From: a virus
Strand: one strand, 5' to 3'
DNA length: 64,000 nucleotides
IMG/VR virus record: IMGVR_UViG_3300010396_000002
Location: 32,001 to 96,000 of that record
The notes below the pieces were generated by a model. It was not told the DNA's origin, made no database searches, and worked only from the letters and a program-made list of their open reading frames with translations. Of this stretch, positions 37,294 through 47,363 are shown piece by piece; the first letter of the stretch is position 1; each line of letters opens with the position of its first letter. A program made the translations under genes and the position numbers.

Positions 37294-38213
37294 TGGGCAC
37301 GACAACGATCGAATGGACGCAGAACGAGGACGGCACGCCGGGCGAGACGTGGAACCCCATCAAGGGCTGCACGCGCATCTCGCCCGGATGCGGCGGCGGC
37401 ATGACCGGGCCCAACGGCGAGCGCGGTGGCTGCTACGCCGAGGGCATCGCCGCGCGCTTCTCGAAGCCCGGCCTCGCCTTCCACGGGTTTGCTGAGATGC
37501 GGGACGGCAAGCCGCGATGGACCGGCAAGGTCGCGCTGATCCCGGAGTTGCTCGACGAACCGCTCCGGCGGCGCAAGCCGACCACCTGGTTCATCTCGAT
37601 GAGCGACCTTTTCCACGAGAAGCTCACCAACGAGGAGATCGCCGCGGTCTTCGGCGTCATGGCCGCAAGCCAGCGTCACCGCTTCCAGGTACTTACCAAG
37701 CGTGCCGAGCGCATGCGCGACTGGTTCGCATGGGTCAACCAAACGCATAGCGCGGCCGCTTGGATCGCGCAGGCCGCAGGCGACATCCTCTCCACGAACT
37801 TTCCCGGCATGTCCCGCTGGGACCAGGCGCTCGCGAGCGTTGTTGAGGACGGTTCGTGGCCACGCCGCAACATCTGGCTCGGCGTCTCGGTGGAGGTGGC
37901 AGAGTACAAGCTGCGCCTCGCGCTCCTGAGGGACTGCCCCGCGGCCATTCGTTTCGCGTCGCTGGAGCCAGCGCTCGGCGACCTCGGTCTCCTGGACCTC
38001 TCCGGCATCGACCAGGTCATCACCGGCGCGGAGAGCGGGCATGGGGCCCGCCCGATGCAGGAGCAGTGGGTACGGAGCATCCGCGACCAAGCGAAGGCCC
38101 AAGGGGTCGCGTTCTTCTACAAGCAACGACTGAACGAGCGGAAGCACAAGGTGAGCTTGCCGCTCCTCGACGGACAGCAGTGGGCAGAGATGCCGGAGGT
38201 AGCGACGCGATGA
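37290..38213 (+). CDS. DUF5131 (phage Gp37/Gp68) family protein
   Basis: TIEWT...TWNPIKGCTRISPGC..CYAE, SMSDLFHE, FQVLTKR, IWLGVSVE, SLEP, GAESG, FFYKQ. Confidence 0.9.
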   Translation: MMGTTTIEWTQNEDGTPGETWNPIKGCTRISPGCGGGMTGPNGERGGCYAEGIAARFSKPGLAFHGFAEMRDGKPRWTGKVALIPELLDEPLRRRKPTTWFISMSDLFHEKLTNEEIAAVFGVMAASQRHRFQVLTKRAERMRDWFAWVNQTHSAAAWIAQAAGDILSTNFPGMSRWDQALASVVEDGSWPRRNIWLGVSVEVAEYKLRLALLRDCPAAIRFASLEPALGDLGLLDLSGIDQVITGAESGHGARPMQEQWVRSIRDQAKAQGVAFFYKQRLNERKHKVSLPLLDGQQWAEMPEVATR

Positions 38214-38521
38214 ACGACAAGGACTGGTCCGAGGCACATCTGGAGGTCGGGTCCGTCGAGGCGAACGGACGCGCCACGTTCCGGGTGACGATCTTCGACA
38301 TCGAAGACGAACCCTTCGACCTGCCGTGCGCCGCGGTGGCGCACACGAGATACGGCGGCGAGCACGTCATGTTCCGAGCCGTCGGCGCCGCGGTGAAGGC
38401 TGCACCGAACGCGAAGCGGATCGGCGACGTGCTCGGGTGGGAGGACAAGCAGGATGCCGAGCGCGCGGCGAAGGCTGCAAGCAAGGTCTTCAAGGCGGAG
38501 AAGCAAGGAGCGACGCGATGA
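38210..38521 (+). CDS. Hypothetical protein
   Basis: GGAGGT RBS; ATGA overlap. Confidence 0.6.
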   Translation: MNDKDWSEAHLEVGSVEANGRATFRVTIFDIEDEPFDLPCAAVAHTRYGGEHVMFRAVGAAVKAAPNAKRIGDVLGWEDKQDAERAAKAASKVFKAEKQGATR

Positions 38522-41238
38522 AGGACGAGACGAAGCAGGAAGCGAAGCGCGGTGGGCCGGTGAAGTGCCCGAGGCCGTGCACGGAGTGCGACGAGGGGGA
38601 CCACCACTTCTCGGACGCGACGGTGGAGTTCGCCGACGACGCCAACACGCACGGCGACGATGCCGAGGCCATGGCCGTTCGGGAGCAGGCTGTCGCGGCG
38701 GGATGCACGGCCTGGTACGTGTGCAAGCACTGCGACGCCTGGATCGAGTACGTCGACCAGGACGAAGACGCCGCGCTCATCGACGAGGTGACCATCGCGA
38801 CCCCGGAGGACGTCGCTGACCTGCTCGGCGATCTGGTCGCGAGCGAGTCGCTGGACAACGCGCACGGCCTCGACGACATGGGCACCACAGCCGACGGGGC
38901 ACTGGTGTTCGACCTGCTCCTGAACGAGCCTGAGGATCGGCGGCTCCGGGTCACCGTGCGGGACCGGGCTCATGTCGGGCTCGGGCACGTGCTCGACAAC
39001 CTCTCGCGCGGTCCAGCCGGTCCGTGGTGCACGCGCTGCGGGAAGGGAGACGCCGACGCACTGTCCCGAACCTGCTACCACATGTACACACCGGGCGAGC
39101 GTCACAGCCCGCGCAACGGTGGTCCATGCCCTGGCTGCGACACGTGCGGCACCAGCACGGCCTCGTCGGGCCCGGTGCACACCGATCTCTCCATGCCCCA
39201 TCGCACGGACCTGAGCGACCAGGCCTACCGGATGGCGGAGCTGGTCCGCTGCATCGACTGCAACGCGGTGATGAAGAACCGGAACGGCCCGCGAGACGAC
39301 ACTATGTGCCCGGCTCGAAAGACCACCGGCGACCGGCCAATGACGGACGCGGATGCCGAGGCTGGGCTCCTGGCGATGACCCGCGGCAACGAGCTGATCC
39401 TCAAGGCGCTCCGCGGCCTGTACCGGGTGCACCGGGGATCCGGCGACGGCGTCGAGGTCGCCTACGACAAGGCCCTCACCGCGTTCCTGGAAAGGACCGC
39501 GCCCAAGCGTCCCCTCGTCGCCTGCCACGTCGATGAACCCGGGGAGAGCACGCCGCCCTTCGTCGAGGCGTCTGGCGAGCAGTTCGCGCAGCATGCGGCC
39601 GTCACGCGCTGCCTGCGGGCCATCGCGCTCGTCGAGACGTGCACCACGATCAAGCCCGACGTGCTGGTCGTGCCGAACGATCTCTACAAGGCCCTGCCAC
39701 AGTTCTCGGTCATCTACCTGCACGGGGTGCGGATCATGACCGACCTGGAGCCGTTCCCCACCGACACCGTCGACATCCGCGTCGCGAGGCTCGAGGACGG
39801 GCTGATTCGCTTCCCGCTGTCCAGCATCGAACCGATCTGCATGGAGCACGGCACCGTCCACCGCGACAACGCTGGCGCTCCATGCGGCTGCCCGGAAAGC
39901 ACTGAGGTGTCCGCGGCCTTCGAGTCGGGCGACGGCGAGGTGGAGGACGGCCCGCCGCGCTTCCGCGGGCTCGGGCGCCCGGTCTCGCCGACCCGGGACG
40001 CCCTCATGGAGCGCGCGACGTGGCTCGCCGAGGACCCCGCCCGCGTCGCCGCGTTCAACGCCTACCGGCCATCGGCCGAGGAGCTGGCGAAGCTCCCCGA
40101 GCCCATCCGCAAGTTCGAGGATGCCGCGGTTCTGATCTGCACGATCTGCCGAAAGTCTACGGACGCATGCTCGTGTCAGGCGAAGGGGCTGCGCGAGGCT
40201 TCCGCCAGACTTGCCGCAGCTCGCATCGATCCGGCTGCCGCGACGCTCCCTCCCGGCACCAAGCGCTGGTCGGACATCAAGGCCAAGGGCAGGAGCGCGG
40301 AGCACCTCGCCCACCTCGATGCCGAGGTCGAGCAGATTGCCGCAGCGATCGGGCCTGCTCCGAGCCACGACATCGTCATGGACATCGAAGACGAGTATGC
40401 AGCCCGCGTCGCAGCCGAAGCGCTCGCTGCCCAACTGCAAGCGCGCATCGATCGACTCATGGCGGCCTCCGCAGAGGCCATCACGGTCCATGCGCTCCGA
40501 CGAGGGCGCGCGGTGTGCCGGTTCGTCGATGCGCCTCCTGGCTCATGGCCGGAAGGCCATCGCTGGGCCAAGGTCCCGCAGAACATCACCCCCGGCGCCG
40601 TGCTCTGCGATGCCTGCTGGCCCGATGCCGTTCGGGCGAAGGCGTCGCTCGCGTACCTGCACTTCGCCACCGACGGCAACGACGGGATCTGCGGCCCGAC
40701 GGTGGACCCGGAGTCGGGACGCCAGGCCCACTACACGCGCGACCGATCCCGGTTCATCTTCGCCACGGCGAACCGCTGCCCGAAGTGCTGGGACCTGCTT
40801 GGGCCCGATCCGAGCACCGGGGGCCAGAAGCGGCTGCCGGTCTCGCCGGCCTTCGACATCGTGTTCCGGCTCGAGCTGGCGAACGGCGAGGGCGCCGGCC
40901 TCACCGCCGAGGACATCAGGCACAGGGTCGAAGGGATGCACCACGGGACCAACATCAGGCAGACCGTGGCGGAGAAGCTTCACGACGTCGCACTCGATCT
41001 CCAGGTGAGTCCCAAGAGCCGCGTCGTCCTGCACCGGGTCGGCGCCCCGTTCGCCGAGGAGCTCCGCGAGCAGATGAAGGCCGGCTGGGACCTCGCTCAC
41101 ATCCGGGCGGAGATCCAGGCGCTGCGCGACGAGACCGCCCGCCAGCATGCGTCGGGGGCCCATGTCTCCGGCAACTCCACCAGGCTCTCGACGCTGGACG
41201 AGGTGCTCAACATCATCGACGGGAAGGACAAGCCGTGA
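38518..41238 (+). CDS. Large (906 aa) patchwork Cys-rich protein
   Basis: AAGGAG RBS; many CxxC modules. Confidence 0.75.
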   Translation: MKDETKQEAKRGGPVKCPRPCTECDEGDHHFSDATVEFADDANTHGDDAEAMAVREQAVAAGCTAWYVCKHCDAWIEYVDQDEDAALIDEVTIATPEDVADLLGDLVASESLDNAHGLDDMGTTADGALVFDLLLNEPEDRRLRVTVRDRAHVGLGHVLDNLSRGPAGPWCTRCGKGDADALSRTCYHMYTPGERHSPRNGGPCPGCDTCGTSTASSGPVHTDLSMPHRTDLSDQAYRMAELVRCIDCNAVMKNRNGPRDDTMCPARKTTGDRPMTDADAEAGLLAMTRGNELILKALRGLYRVHRGSGDGVEVAYDKALTAFLERTAPKRPLVACHVDEPGESTPPFVEASGEQFAQHAAVTRCLRAIALVETCTTIKPDVLVVPNDLYKALPQFSVIYLHGVRIMTDLEPFPTDTVDIRVARLEDGLIRFPLSSIEPICMEHGTVHRDNAGAPCGCPESTEVSAAFESGDGEVEDGPPRFRGLGRPVSPTRDALMERATWLAEDPARVAAFNAYRPSAEELAKLPEPIRKFEDAAVLICTICRKSTDACSCQAKGLREASARLAAARIDPAAATLPPGTKRWSDIKAKGRSAEHLAHLDAEVEQIAAAIGPAPSHDIVMDIEDEYAARVAAEALAAQLQARIDRLMAASAEAITVHALRRGRAVCRFVDAPPGSWPEGHRWAKVPQNITPGAVLCDACWPDAVRAKASLAYLHFATDGNDGICGPTVDPESGRQAHYTRDRSRFIFATANRCPKCWDLLGPDPSTGGQKRLPVSPAFDIVFRLELANGEGAGLTAEDIRHRVEGMHHGTNIRQTVAEKLHDVALDLQVSPKSRVVLHRVGAPFAEELREQMKAGWDLAHIRAEIQALRDETARQHASGAHVSGNSTRLSTLDEVLNIIDGKDKP

Positions 41239-41936
41239 GCGCGCACGCCAACCTGATCGCCAAGCTCCGGGAGACGTACAACCCGTCTGCGGGCTGGGCC
41301 CTCTACACCGAAGTCCAGAGTGAGACCGGGGGCTCGAAGCAGGGCCAGCGACGAGCCGACGGCGTGCTGGTCAATCTCTGGCCGTCGCGCGGCGGGCTCT
41401 TTTACGTCCTTCTGGAACAGAAGAACTCGATGGCGGACCTCGGCCGGGATCTGCGAGTGCCCGCCAAGGCCGAGGAGATCGGTCGGTTCTGCAAGGAGCG
41501 CTGGCTGGTCATCCCCCCGACGCTGAAGCTCAAGGAGCGGCCGCGGGACTGGCGCGTATTGGTCGTCGGGACCGGCGCGCCGTACTTCTTCGACGACGAC
41601 AAGGACCCGCCCCAGCACCCCGTCACCCCGCCCACCGATGGCTTCCTCCAGAGCCTGCTCGCGAGCGGGTGCACGGCAGCGGAGGAAGCCGCTGTCGCCG
41701 ACATCCCGATGGTCGCTCTCGGCCGACCGCGAGCGGCACACACCTACGGACTGTGCGTTCGAGGGCACGCCGTGCCGATCACATGGAAGGGCGACAAGCA
41801 CCCGCCCAAGGTCCCCTGCATCTCGTGCAGGGACGACCAGGGCCCGGACACCGAGATGGCCGAGACCGTGATCGCAGAGGCTGACGAGGCCACGCTCCAC
41901 ATGCTCCGCGAGCAGATCGATCGCAGGCTTGGCTGA
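41235..41936 (+). CDS. MmcB-like PD-(D/E)xK nuclease-fold protein
   Basis: TEV...RRADGVLVNLWPSRG...EQKNSMAD...PAK...FCKERWLV. Confidence 0.65.
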   Translation: MSAHANLIAKLRETYNPSAGWALYTEVQSETGGSKQGQRRADGVLVNLWPSRGGLFYVLLEQKNSMADLGRDLRVPAKAEEIGRFCKERWLVIPPTLKLKERPRDWRVLVVGTGAPYFFDDDKDPPQHPVTPPTDGFLQSLLASGCTAAEEAAVADIPMVALGRPRAAHTYGLCVRGHAVPITWKGDKHPPKVPCISCRDDQGPDTEMAETVIAEADEATLHMLREQIDRRLG

Positions 41937-42205
41937 TGCTCCAGCAACCGCTCCTCGAGACCGGCCTCCCCACGAAGGCGCCTCCGGGCCTGCCTCAACT
42001 CTCCCGCGGGATCCTTGGCCACCTGCGGACCGGGGACCTTGACACCACCAAGCTCGCCAAGCTCCTGAGCTGCGCACCGAGGCGGCTGCCCTTCGCCCTG
42101 TACTGGCTCCGGCATCGCGGGCTCATCATCGACGTTGGCCGCGTCAAGGGCCCCTACGGCGGCACCAGCGGCAAGCCACTGATCTGGCACCTCGTCGCCC
42201 GATGA
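41936..42205 (+). CDS. Small winged-helix-like protein
   Basis: DTTKLAKLL...ALYWLRHRGLI...WHL. Confidence 0.55.
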   Translation: MLQQPLLETGLPTKAPPGLPQLSRGILGHLRTGDLDTTKLAKLLSCAPRRLPFALYWLRHRGLIIDVGRVKGPYGGTSGKPLIWHLVAR

Positions 42206-42423
42206 GACGCTCCTCCAACACCGACGGGCTGCGCCGGTACGCCAAGGAGCGCAGCGGCAACGCTGGCACCGGCGGAGGGAACCGACAGGCCCGCACGCAT
42301 CGGCCCGGTCCGCCGTCTCTGCTCGCGCCAGACACGCGTCCGCTGGAATGCCCGACATGCGGCGAGCACGACTGCCGGGACTGGGTGCTCGAGGGACTCC
42401 CCTGCCGCGACCCAGAGTCATGA
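42202..42423 (+). CDS. Hypothetical protein
   Basis: ATGA overlaps. Confidence 0.5.
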   Translation: MRRSSNTDGLRRYAKERSGNAGTGGGNRQARTHRPGPPSLLAPDTRPLECPTCGEHDCRDWVLEGLPCRDPES

Positions 42424-42906
42424 GCAGCGGCAAGGTCTGGACCTGCTGGATCTACTTCGGCAACCTCGAAGGCCCCCGCGGCGGGCCGCCCGATATCCAG
42501 TTCGTTGCCTGCTCGCCGGCGTGCATGGCGAAGTTCAAGCCGGGCAAGAGGCGCTGCCATGGCCCCGCCGAGTTTGCGCCGGGCGAGCTCGGACCAGACG
42601 GCAAGTCCGAGTGCCCGACGTGCGGGCGGCGGGTCGCCGTCACCCGCCATGGGCGCCTGGCGAGCCACAAGCCCGACCACGAGGAACGCCACGCCCGCGA
42701 GAAGCTCTTCCAGGCCGAGGAACTGGCGCGGGAGACGCGCGCGCTCCTCGAGCACCGACGGTGCTCTCGTCCAGGTCCTCTCCGAGGCTGCCGACGAGGT
42801 GAAGGGCTTCAACTTCGACGCCGCCAGGCTCTCCCTGGACGCGGCCTCCGGCGCGATCGAGCAGATCCGCGAGAAGCTCGACGAACTAGAGCGCGGGCAG
42901 GGGTAG
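42420..42906 (+). pseudogene. Hypothetical gene with apparent frameshift near 42753
   Basis: Coding-like frame switches at GAG-C-ACC; the second frame ends at 42906 in a hairpin. Confidence 0.5.
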
Positions 42907-42922
42907 CGAAAATCGCTACCCC
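42900..42922. terminator. Hairpin GGGGTAGCGA-AAA-TCGCTACCCC between convergent operons
   Basis: 10-bp perfect stem; no U-tract. Confidence 0.5.
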
Positions 42923-42929
42923 CATGGAA

Positions 42930-43265
42930 GACGAAGGCCCCGGCGAGTCGCGATCTCCCGGGGCCACACGGTGCTTGGAGCCACCGCCTCGCCTCCCAGC
43001 CTCGGGCTCCATCCCTCCGCTGGGTACTTCAACCACTTCCTGCTCTGGTTGAACACCTACAGCTCGGAACAGCGGCCTCCTCGCGGGGGCTCCGGGCTTG
43101 CCCGAAGGGTCGCCCAGGACGGCCTTCCCGGTCAAGCCTTGCGGCGAGGAGCTGGCGTCGGTAGGTTCTGCGGGACGGCGCACCACATCGCAGCGCGGTG
43201 TCGTCCAGACTCTCCCACGCTGCACCGCGCCGTTGCACTTCACCCTGGAGCTCCGGCCCCGGGGT
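42930..43265 (-). ncRNA. Candidate ~330-nt structured RNA
   Basis: Ends pair (CCCGGGGCC/GGCCCCGGG); internal helices; terminal hairpin followed by UUCGUCUU on the minus strand. Confidence 0.45.
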
Positions 43266-43272
43266 TGAGGTG

Positions 43273-43449
43273 CTAGTGCGAGCCGAAGCGCTCGGGCCAG
43301 AGCCGCCGGTCGATGATTCCGGCGATCTCGTGCTTGGTGTGGTTGTTGATGATGCCGCGCTCCTGCGCGGTCGCGATGACGCTCTTCGTGAAGGCGTTGA
43401 GACGACGCCGGAGGAGCCTCGTCACGACCCGGTCGACGAGGCCCTTCAC
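43273..43449 (-). CDS. Small hypothetical protein
   Basis: GTGA overlap. Confidence 0.5.
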   Translation of the reverse strand: MKGLVDRVVTRLLRRRLNAFTKSVIATAQERGIINNHTKHEIAGIIDRRLWPERFGSH

Positions 43450-44537
43450 GATGGCGCTCCCTTCTCGCCGAAGACCTCGGAGACCGTCGGCGGCCGATCC
43501 CCGACGTAAACCTGCCCGTCGGGCGCGATGCAGACCGGCTTGCCTTCGCCCTCCACCATGGCGCGCTCGATGTCGGCGACCGTGACACCACCAGCCCCAC
43601 CGATCCCGGCGGGGTGCATGTCGCCACCAGCAGCCTGGTCCGGCGTGCCCCTGTTGCCCGCTGATCCGGCAGGCGGAGGCGGCTGGCGGGCCCTGAGCTT
43701 CTCGTGCCAGCGCTTGCCACCGTACTTGAGACGGCGCTTGAGCGTCGAGGCGACGAACTGCCCGATCGCGTCCTCGATGGACGACGCCGGCGCCGAGAAG
43801 CTGCGCGTCGCGTCGTCGTCGATGTCCCACGAGCTCTCACCCTTGCCAGGGATCGGGATCTCGTCGCCGTCGCACATCGTGATCTTGACGTCGGTGAACA
43901 CCTTGGTCAGCCAGCGCGGGCGCTCGATCCGCACCTCGCTGAAGGTCGCGACGCCGTCGTAGGAGCGCTCCGGCATCGGGACTTGGACAGTTCGGCATGC
44001 GAGCGGACGGCGGATGACGGTCTCCTCGCCGCGGAGAAGCTTGTCGAGGCTGAGGCTTCCATCACGCCAGCGCGGCGTGCTGCACCACTCGTTCGGGTCG
44101 GCCCAGGCCCGCCACCACACAGATCCATCGTGGAAGCGCAGGCTGACCTCGCGCTCGATCCCGAGGATGCTCACCTTGTCGTGCCTGCTCTTGCGCGTCA
44201 TGCCGATGGCGTAGAGCGCATCGTGAAGCCACCGCGCTTCGATCCCGATGTAGAGCGCAGCGATGCCGACGCCGACGCTCAGGAGCGCCTCGCCGTCTCC
44301 CGAGTCGACGTTGAGCGCGAGCCTCGTGCCTGCGTCGATGCCCAGCTTCCAGCTCGCCCGCAGCGCCATCTGATCGTTGCCGGTCGGATAGACGTACGCC
44401 CGGCCGTGGAGGAGAGCCGACCCAGCCGGTTCCCCGGTCGGCCCTTCGTTGAGGTTCTGCCAGTGCCCGTACCAGCCGGGCTCGGACCCGTCGCGGCCGA
44501 ACAGCCAGCCGCCCCGCCTGTGCTTCGTCTGCCCCAT
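43446..44537 (-). CDS. Hypothetical phage protein
   Basis: 363-aa high-GC3 ORF. Confidence 0.7.
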   Translation of the reverse strand: MGQTKHRRGGWLFGRDGSEPGWYGHWQNLNEGPTGEPAGSALLHGRAYVYPTGNDQMALRASWKLGIDAGTRLALNVDSGDGEALLSVGVGIAALYIGIEARWLHDALYAIGMTRKSRHDKVSILGIEREVSLRFHDGSVWWRAWADPNEWCSTPRWRDGSLSLDKLLRGEETVIRRPLACRTVQVPMPERSYDGVATFSEVRIERPRWLTKVFTDVKITMCDGDEIPIPGKGESSWDIDDDATRSFSAPASSIEDAIGQFVASTLKRRLKYGGKRWHEKLRARQPPPPAGSAGNRGTPDQAAGGDMHPAGIGGAGGVTVADIERAMVEGEGKPVCIAPDGQVYVGDRPPTVSEVFGEKGAPS

Positions 44538-44546
44538 GTCCCCCCC

Positions 44547-45308
44547 TCAGGCCCTGGCGCCCTTGCCGGGCTTCCCGCGCTCGGCGGTCTTCTTGATCTT
44601 CTTCGTCCCCGCCGCGGCGGCCGCAGCCTTCTTCGCCGCCTTCGGGGGCTTGGTCCCGTTCGTCTCTTCGGCCTCCGCGGAAGCCTTCCCCTTCGGCGCC
44701 GCTCGAGGCTTGCTGCCCGCGGAGGGCTTGCCGATGTCGAACGCGTCGACCATCGGGAAGAGGGCGCCCTGGTCGAGCTTCTTGCGCTCGTCGGCAGTGA
44801 ACGGCGTACGGCTGCCGGGCACCTCGACGCGCGTCCCGGAGTCGAGGCGGTAGAGCACCCGCTCGTTCTCCTCGAACACGGCGACGACGTCGACCTCGAC
44901 CTCGCGCGTACCGCTATTGACCTCCTTGGTGAACTTCACCCAGTCGACCTTGAGCGGCTTGAGCTGCCTGACGAACTCCGAGGCGTCGTCGCGCGCTTTC
45001 TTCTGGAGCGGCACGAGCTTGCAAGCGTATCCCGCCAGCTCGGCCTTCCTGCGCACGAGTTCCTCGCCGCTGAAGTCCTTCGCGTTGATCTGCTGGGCGA
45101 GCTTGTCGTGATCCTTCTTGACCGGGTTGATGTCGTTGCGGTGCTTCCGCGCGACCCTGCCCTTGGCCTCCTCGATAGGCTCGATGAGGCAGGAGAGGCG
45201 CGCGACCTCGGCGTTCGCCTTCTTCACCTCCTCGGCGTCGATCACGACCGGCAGCTTCGCCTTGCCGACCTCTTCCCAGAACCCCGTCGAATCGTTCTTC
45301 TGAGCCAT
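44547..45308 (-). CDS. Coiled-coil protein with Lys/Ala-rich tail
   Basis: AAGGA RBS; high GC3. Confidence 0.7.
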   Translation of the reverse strand: MAQKNDSTGFWEEVGKAKLPVVIDAEEVKKANAEVARLSCLIEPIEEAKGRVARKHRNDINPVKKDHDKLAQQINAKDFSGEELVRRKAELAGYACKLVPLQKKARDDASEFVRQLKPLKVDWVKFTKEVNSGTREVEVDVVAVFEENERVLYRLDSGTRVEVPGSRTPFTADERKKLDQGALFPMVDAFDIGKPSAGSKPRAAPKGKASAEAEETNGTKPPKAAKKAAAAAAGTKKIKKTAERGKPGKGARA

Positions 45309-45332
45309 CCCCGTCCTTCTTCCTGCCGGGGT

Positions 45333-46487
45333 CTATGCCCGGCGCTGCACTGGTTGCCGGTCAACCCTGCGGATGACCGCGGGCTGCCGGTCGGCAACCC
45401 GGTAGAGGTACTCGAGACCGTTCCCCTGGTCGATCTCATGGCGCGCAAGGACCACCTTCTGGGGCTCGCCCTTGCGCGCGGGTGCATAGACCTCGATCGT
45501 CTCGGCGAAGCCGCACTGGGCAGCCACGTTGTCGAACGCCACAGCGTTCCAATCCTCGGCCCCCTCCTCCTGCTGCCAGGGGAGCGCTGCATAGGCCGGA
45601 CGCGCTTGCGCATGAAGCACGGGGCCCTCCCCGGCGGTTGTCTTGCTCGTCTTCGCCGTCTCGGTCGCGAGCACGTAGGAGGCCCGAGCACCCTCGCCGC
45701 TGGCGAAGACCAGCTCGTCGCGCTCCTCGAGCCAGACGATCGCCGAGTCGACGATCCCTGGAAGCACGTCGGAGACGGCTGCATGGAGCTGGTCGCGGGT
45801 GCGCTCGCCTCGGTCCAGGGCCCGGATCGCTGTAACGGCCGGCGCCAGGTGCTCGGGCACGTCGGAGGGAGGCGTTGCCCGGCTTGGCGTCGCGGTCGGC
45901 GCCGGATGTCGGCGGAGCACACGGGCGCCGGCGAGGATAGCAGTCGGCTGCGGCGCGCCGCACTTCGGGCACAGCACCGGGCCGTCGCCAGCGTCCTCGC
46001 GCACCAGCGAGCCGGATCCCTTGCAAACCTGGGCGAGCTTCGCCGGCGCGCGCGCGACGGGAGCGGCACCGTCCACCGATGTGCTGGAGCTCGGGCGCTC
46101 CCAGCCGGGGATCGTGTCGGCCATGCCGGAGCGGTTCATCTTGGAGAACCAGTCGGCGCCGATGAGCAGCACCTTCTCGTCGGGATGGTAGCGCGCCATG
46201 CGCTCGAGCTTCACCCGGCTCTTCGCGTCGAAATGCCCCTTGGTCTCATGGTACTCATGGTGCCCGTCCGGGTAGACGACCTTGAAGTCCGGCTTGTAGC
46301 TTGTCGTGCCGCGGCGGATGCCGTCGAACCAGAACGTCTTGGGCTCGTACTCCCACGAGACGATCTCGCCCTTTGCTTGAAGCGACCGCAACCACCTCGC
46401 GTAGTTCGCTTCAGCCGCGGACTTCCAGTAGGTGTCGCCGAGGTCAGCTCGACGTCCCTTCACGCTGTGGTGTGGATGGATGGGCAT
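45333..46487 (-). CDS. PD-(D/E)xK endonuclease (DUF1064/resolvase-like) with C-terminal extension
   Basis: KSAAEANYA...WEYEP...YKPDF...ETKG. Confidence 0.75.
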   Translation of the reverse strand: MPIHPHHSVKGRRADLGDTYWKSAAEANYARWLRSLQAKGEIVSWEYEPKTFWFDGIRRGTTSYKPDFKVVYPDGHHEYHETKGHFDAKSRVKLERMARYHPDEKVLLIGADWFSKMNRSGMADTIPGWERPSSSTSVDGAAPVARAPAKLAQVCKGSGSLVREDAGDGPVLCPKCGAPQPTAILAGARVLRRHPAPTATPSRATPPSDVPEHLAPAVTAIRALDRGERTRDQLHAAVSDVLPGIVDSAIVWLEERDELVFASGEGARASYVLATETAKTSKTTAGEGPVLHAQARPAYAALPWQQEEGAEDWNAVAFDNVAAQCGFAETIEVYAPARKGEPQKVVLARHEIDQGNGLEYLYRVADRQPAVIRRVDRQPVQRRA

Positions 46488-46679
46488 GGTCTCGCGCAGC
46501 AAGGAACGCTGCTCGTCAGGGACGGAAGACGCAGGCCGAGCACCGCAGCGAACGCCCCGAACGCGAGAGGAGCCTACCACAGCCCCTGCACTTGGTGGGC
46601 GGTCTCACGACGACGGGCAACGTTCCAGGCATCCGGCCAGGGCGAGACCTCGGGAACGGCCGTGGCGGAGGCCGACGGA

Positions 46680-47363
46680 TCACCGGCCCGCGCCTCCCTG
46701 GATCACGCGGAACCGGCCCACCTTCTGAGCCTCCAGCCCGGAACGCACGCACGACTCGCAGAGCTGGACGTCTCGCCACCGCACGAACTCGGTCACGTTT
46801 ACCGGCACCTTCGACAGCCCTTGGTGCGGGAGAGACGCCTTGTAGGCCGTAGCGCCAGGCACGAGGTCGCCCTTGCAGGCCGTGCAGGTATGCGGCGGGC
46901 GCTTGGCTCCGGTCCTCGTCGGCCGTCGCTGTCCTACCTGGTAGGCGTACAGCACGCGCGCGTCGTCGTGGAAGTGCGCCGTGTAGACGGTGCCGTCCCT
47001 CGTGAAGGCCCAGACGTCGCCGCCCCTGTCGTGCTCGAGGAGCCGCTCCGCGGCCTTGGCGACACAGACCAGGCCCTGAGACATGTCCTTCACCTTGCCA
47101 GGCTCCACGTCGAACAGGGCGAAGCCCATGGTCACCTTGCCGTTGCGCTGGACACCGGCGAGCCATAGCGGCTTGACGTCTGCGATCCGCCACTGTCTCC
47201 CGTCCCAGGTCTTGTACTGCGGGCAGTCCGGGATGTTGGTGCACTGCCACTCCAGCCCGAAGTTGAAGCGGTTCGACACGACCGGCAGCAGCATCATGCC
47301 GCAAGAGCACTTCGGCCAGTTCTTCGCTGGCGCTCCGACCCATCCAAGGAAGCCCGAGATCAT
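46680..47363 (-). CDS. Zn-binding hypothetical protein
   Basis: GAGGT RBS; CSC...CTNIPDC, CTAC...CESC. Confidence 0.6.
   Translation of the reverse strand: MISGFLGWVGAPAKNWPKCSCGMMLLPVVSNRFNFGLEWQCTNIPDCPQYKTWDGRQWRIADVKPLWLAGVQRNGKVTMGFALFDVEPGKVKDMSQGLVCVAKAAERLLEHDRGGDVWAFTRDGTVYTAHFHDDARVLYAYQVGQRRPTRTGAKRPPHTCTACKGDLVPGATAYKASLPHQGLSKVPVNVTEFVRWRDVQLCESCVRSGLEAQKVGRFRVIQGGAGR

Noticed and set aside
43704-47168. 1154-aa plus-strand ORF, and similar long ORFs such as 38020-40491, 11183-12787 and 19541-21208
   Set aside because: Antisense shadows of real high-GC3 genes on the opposite strand; no motifs or RBS.
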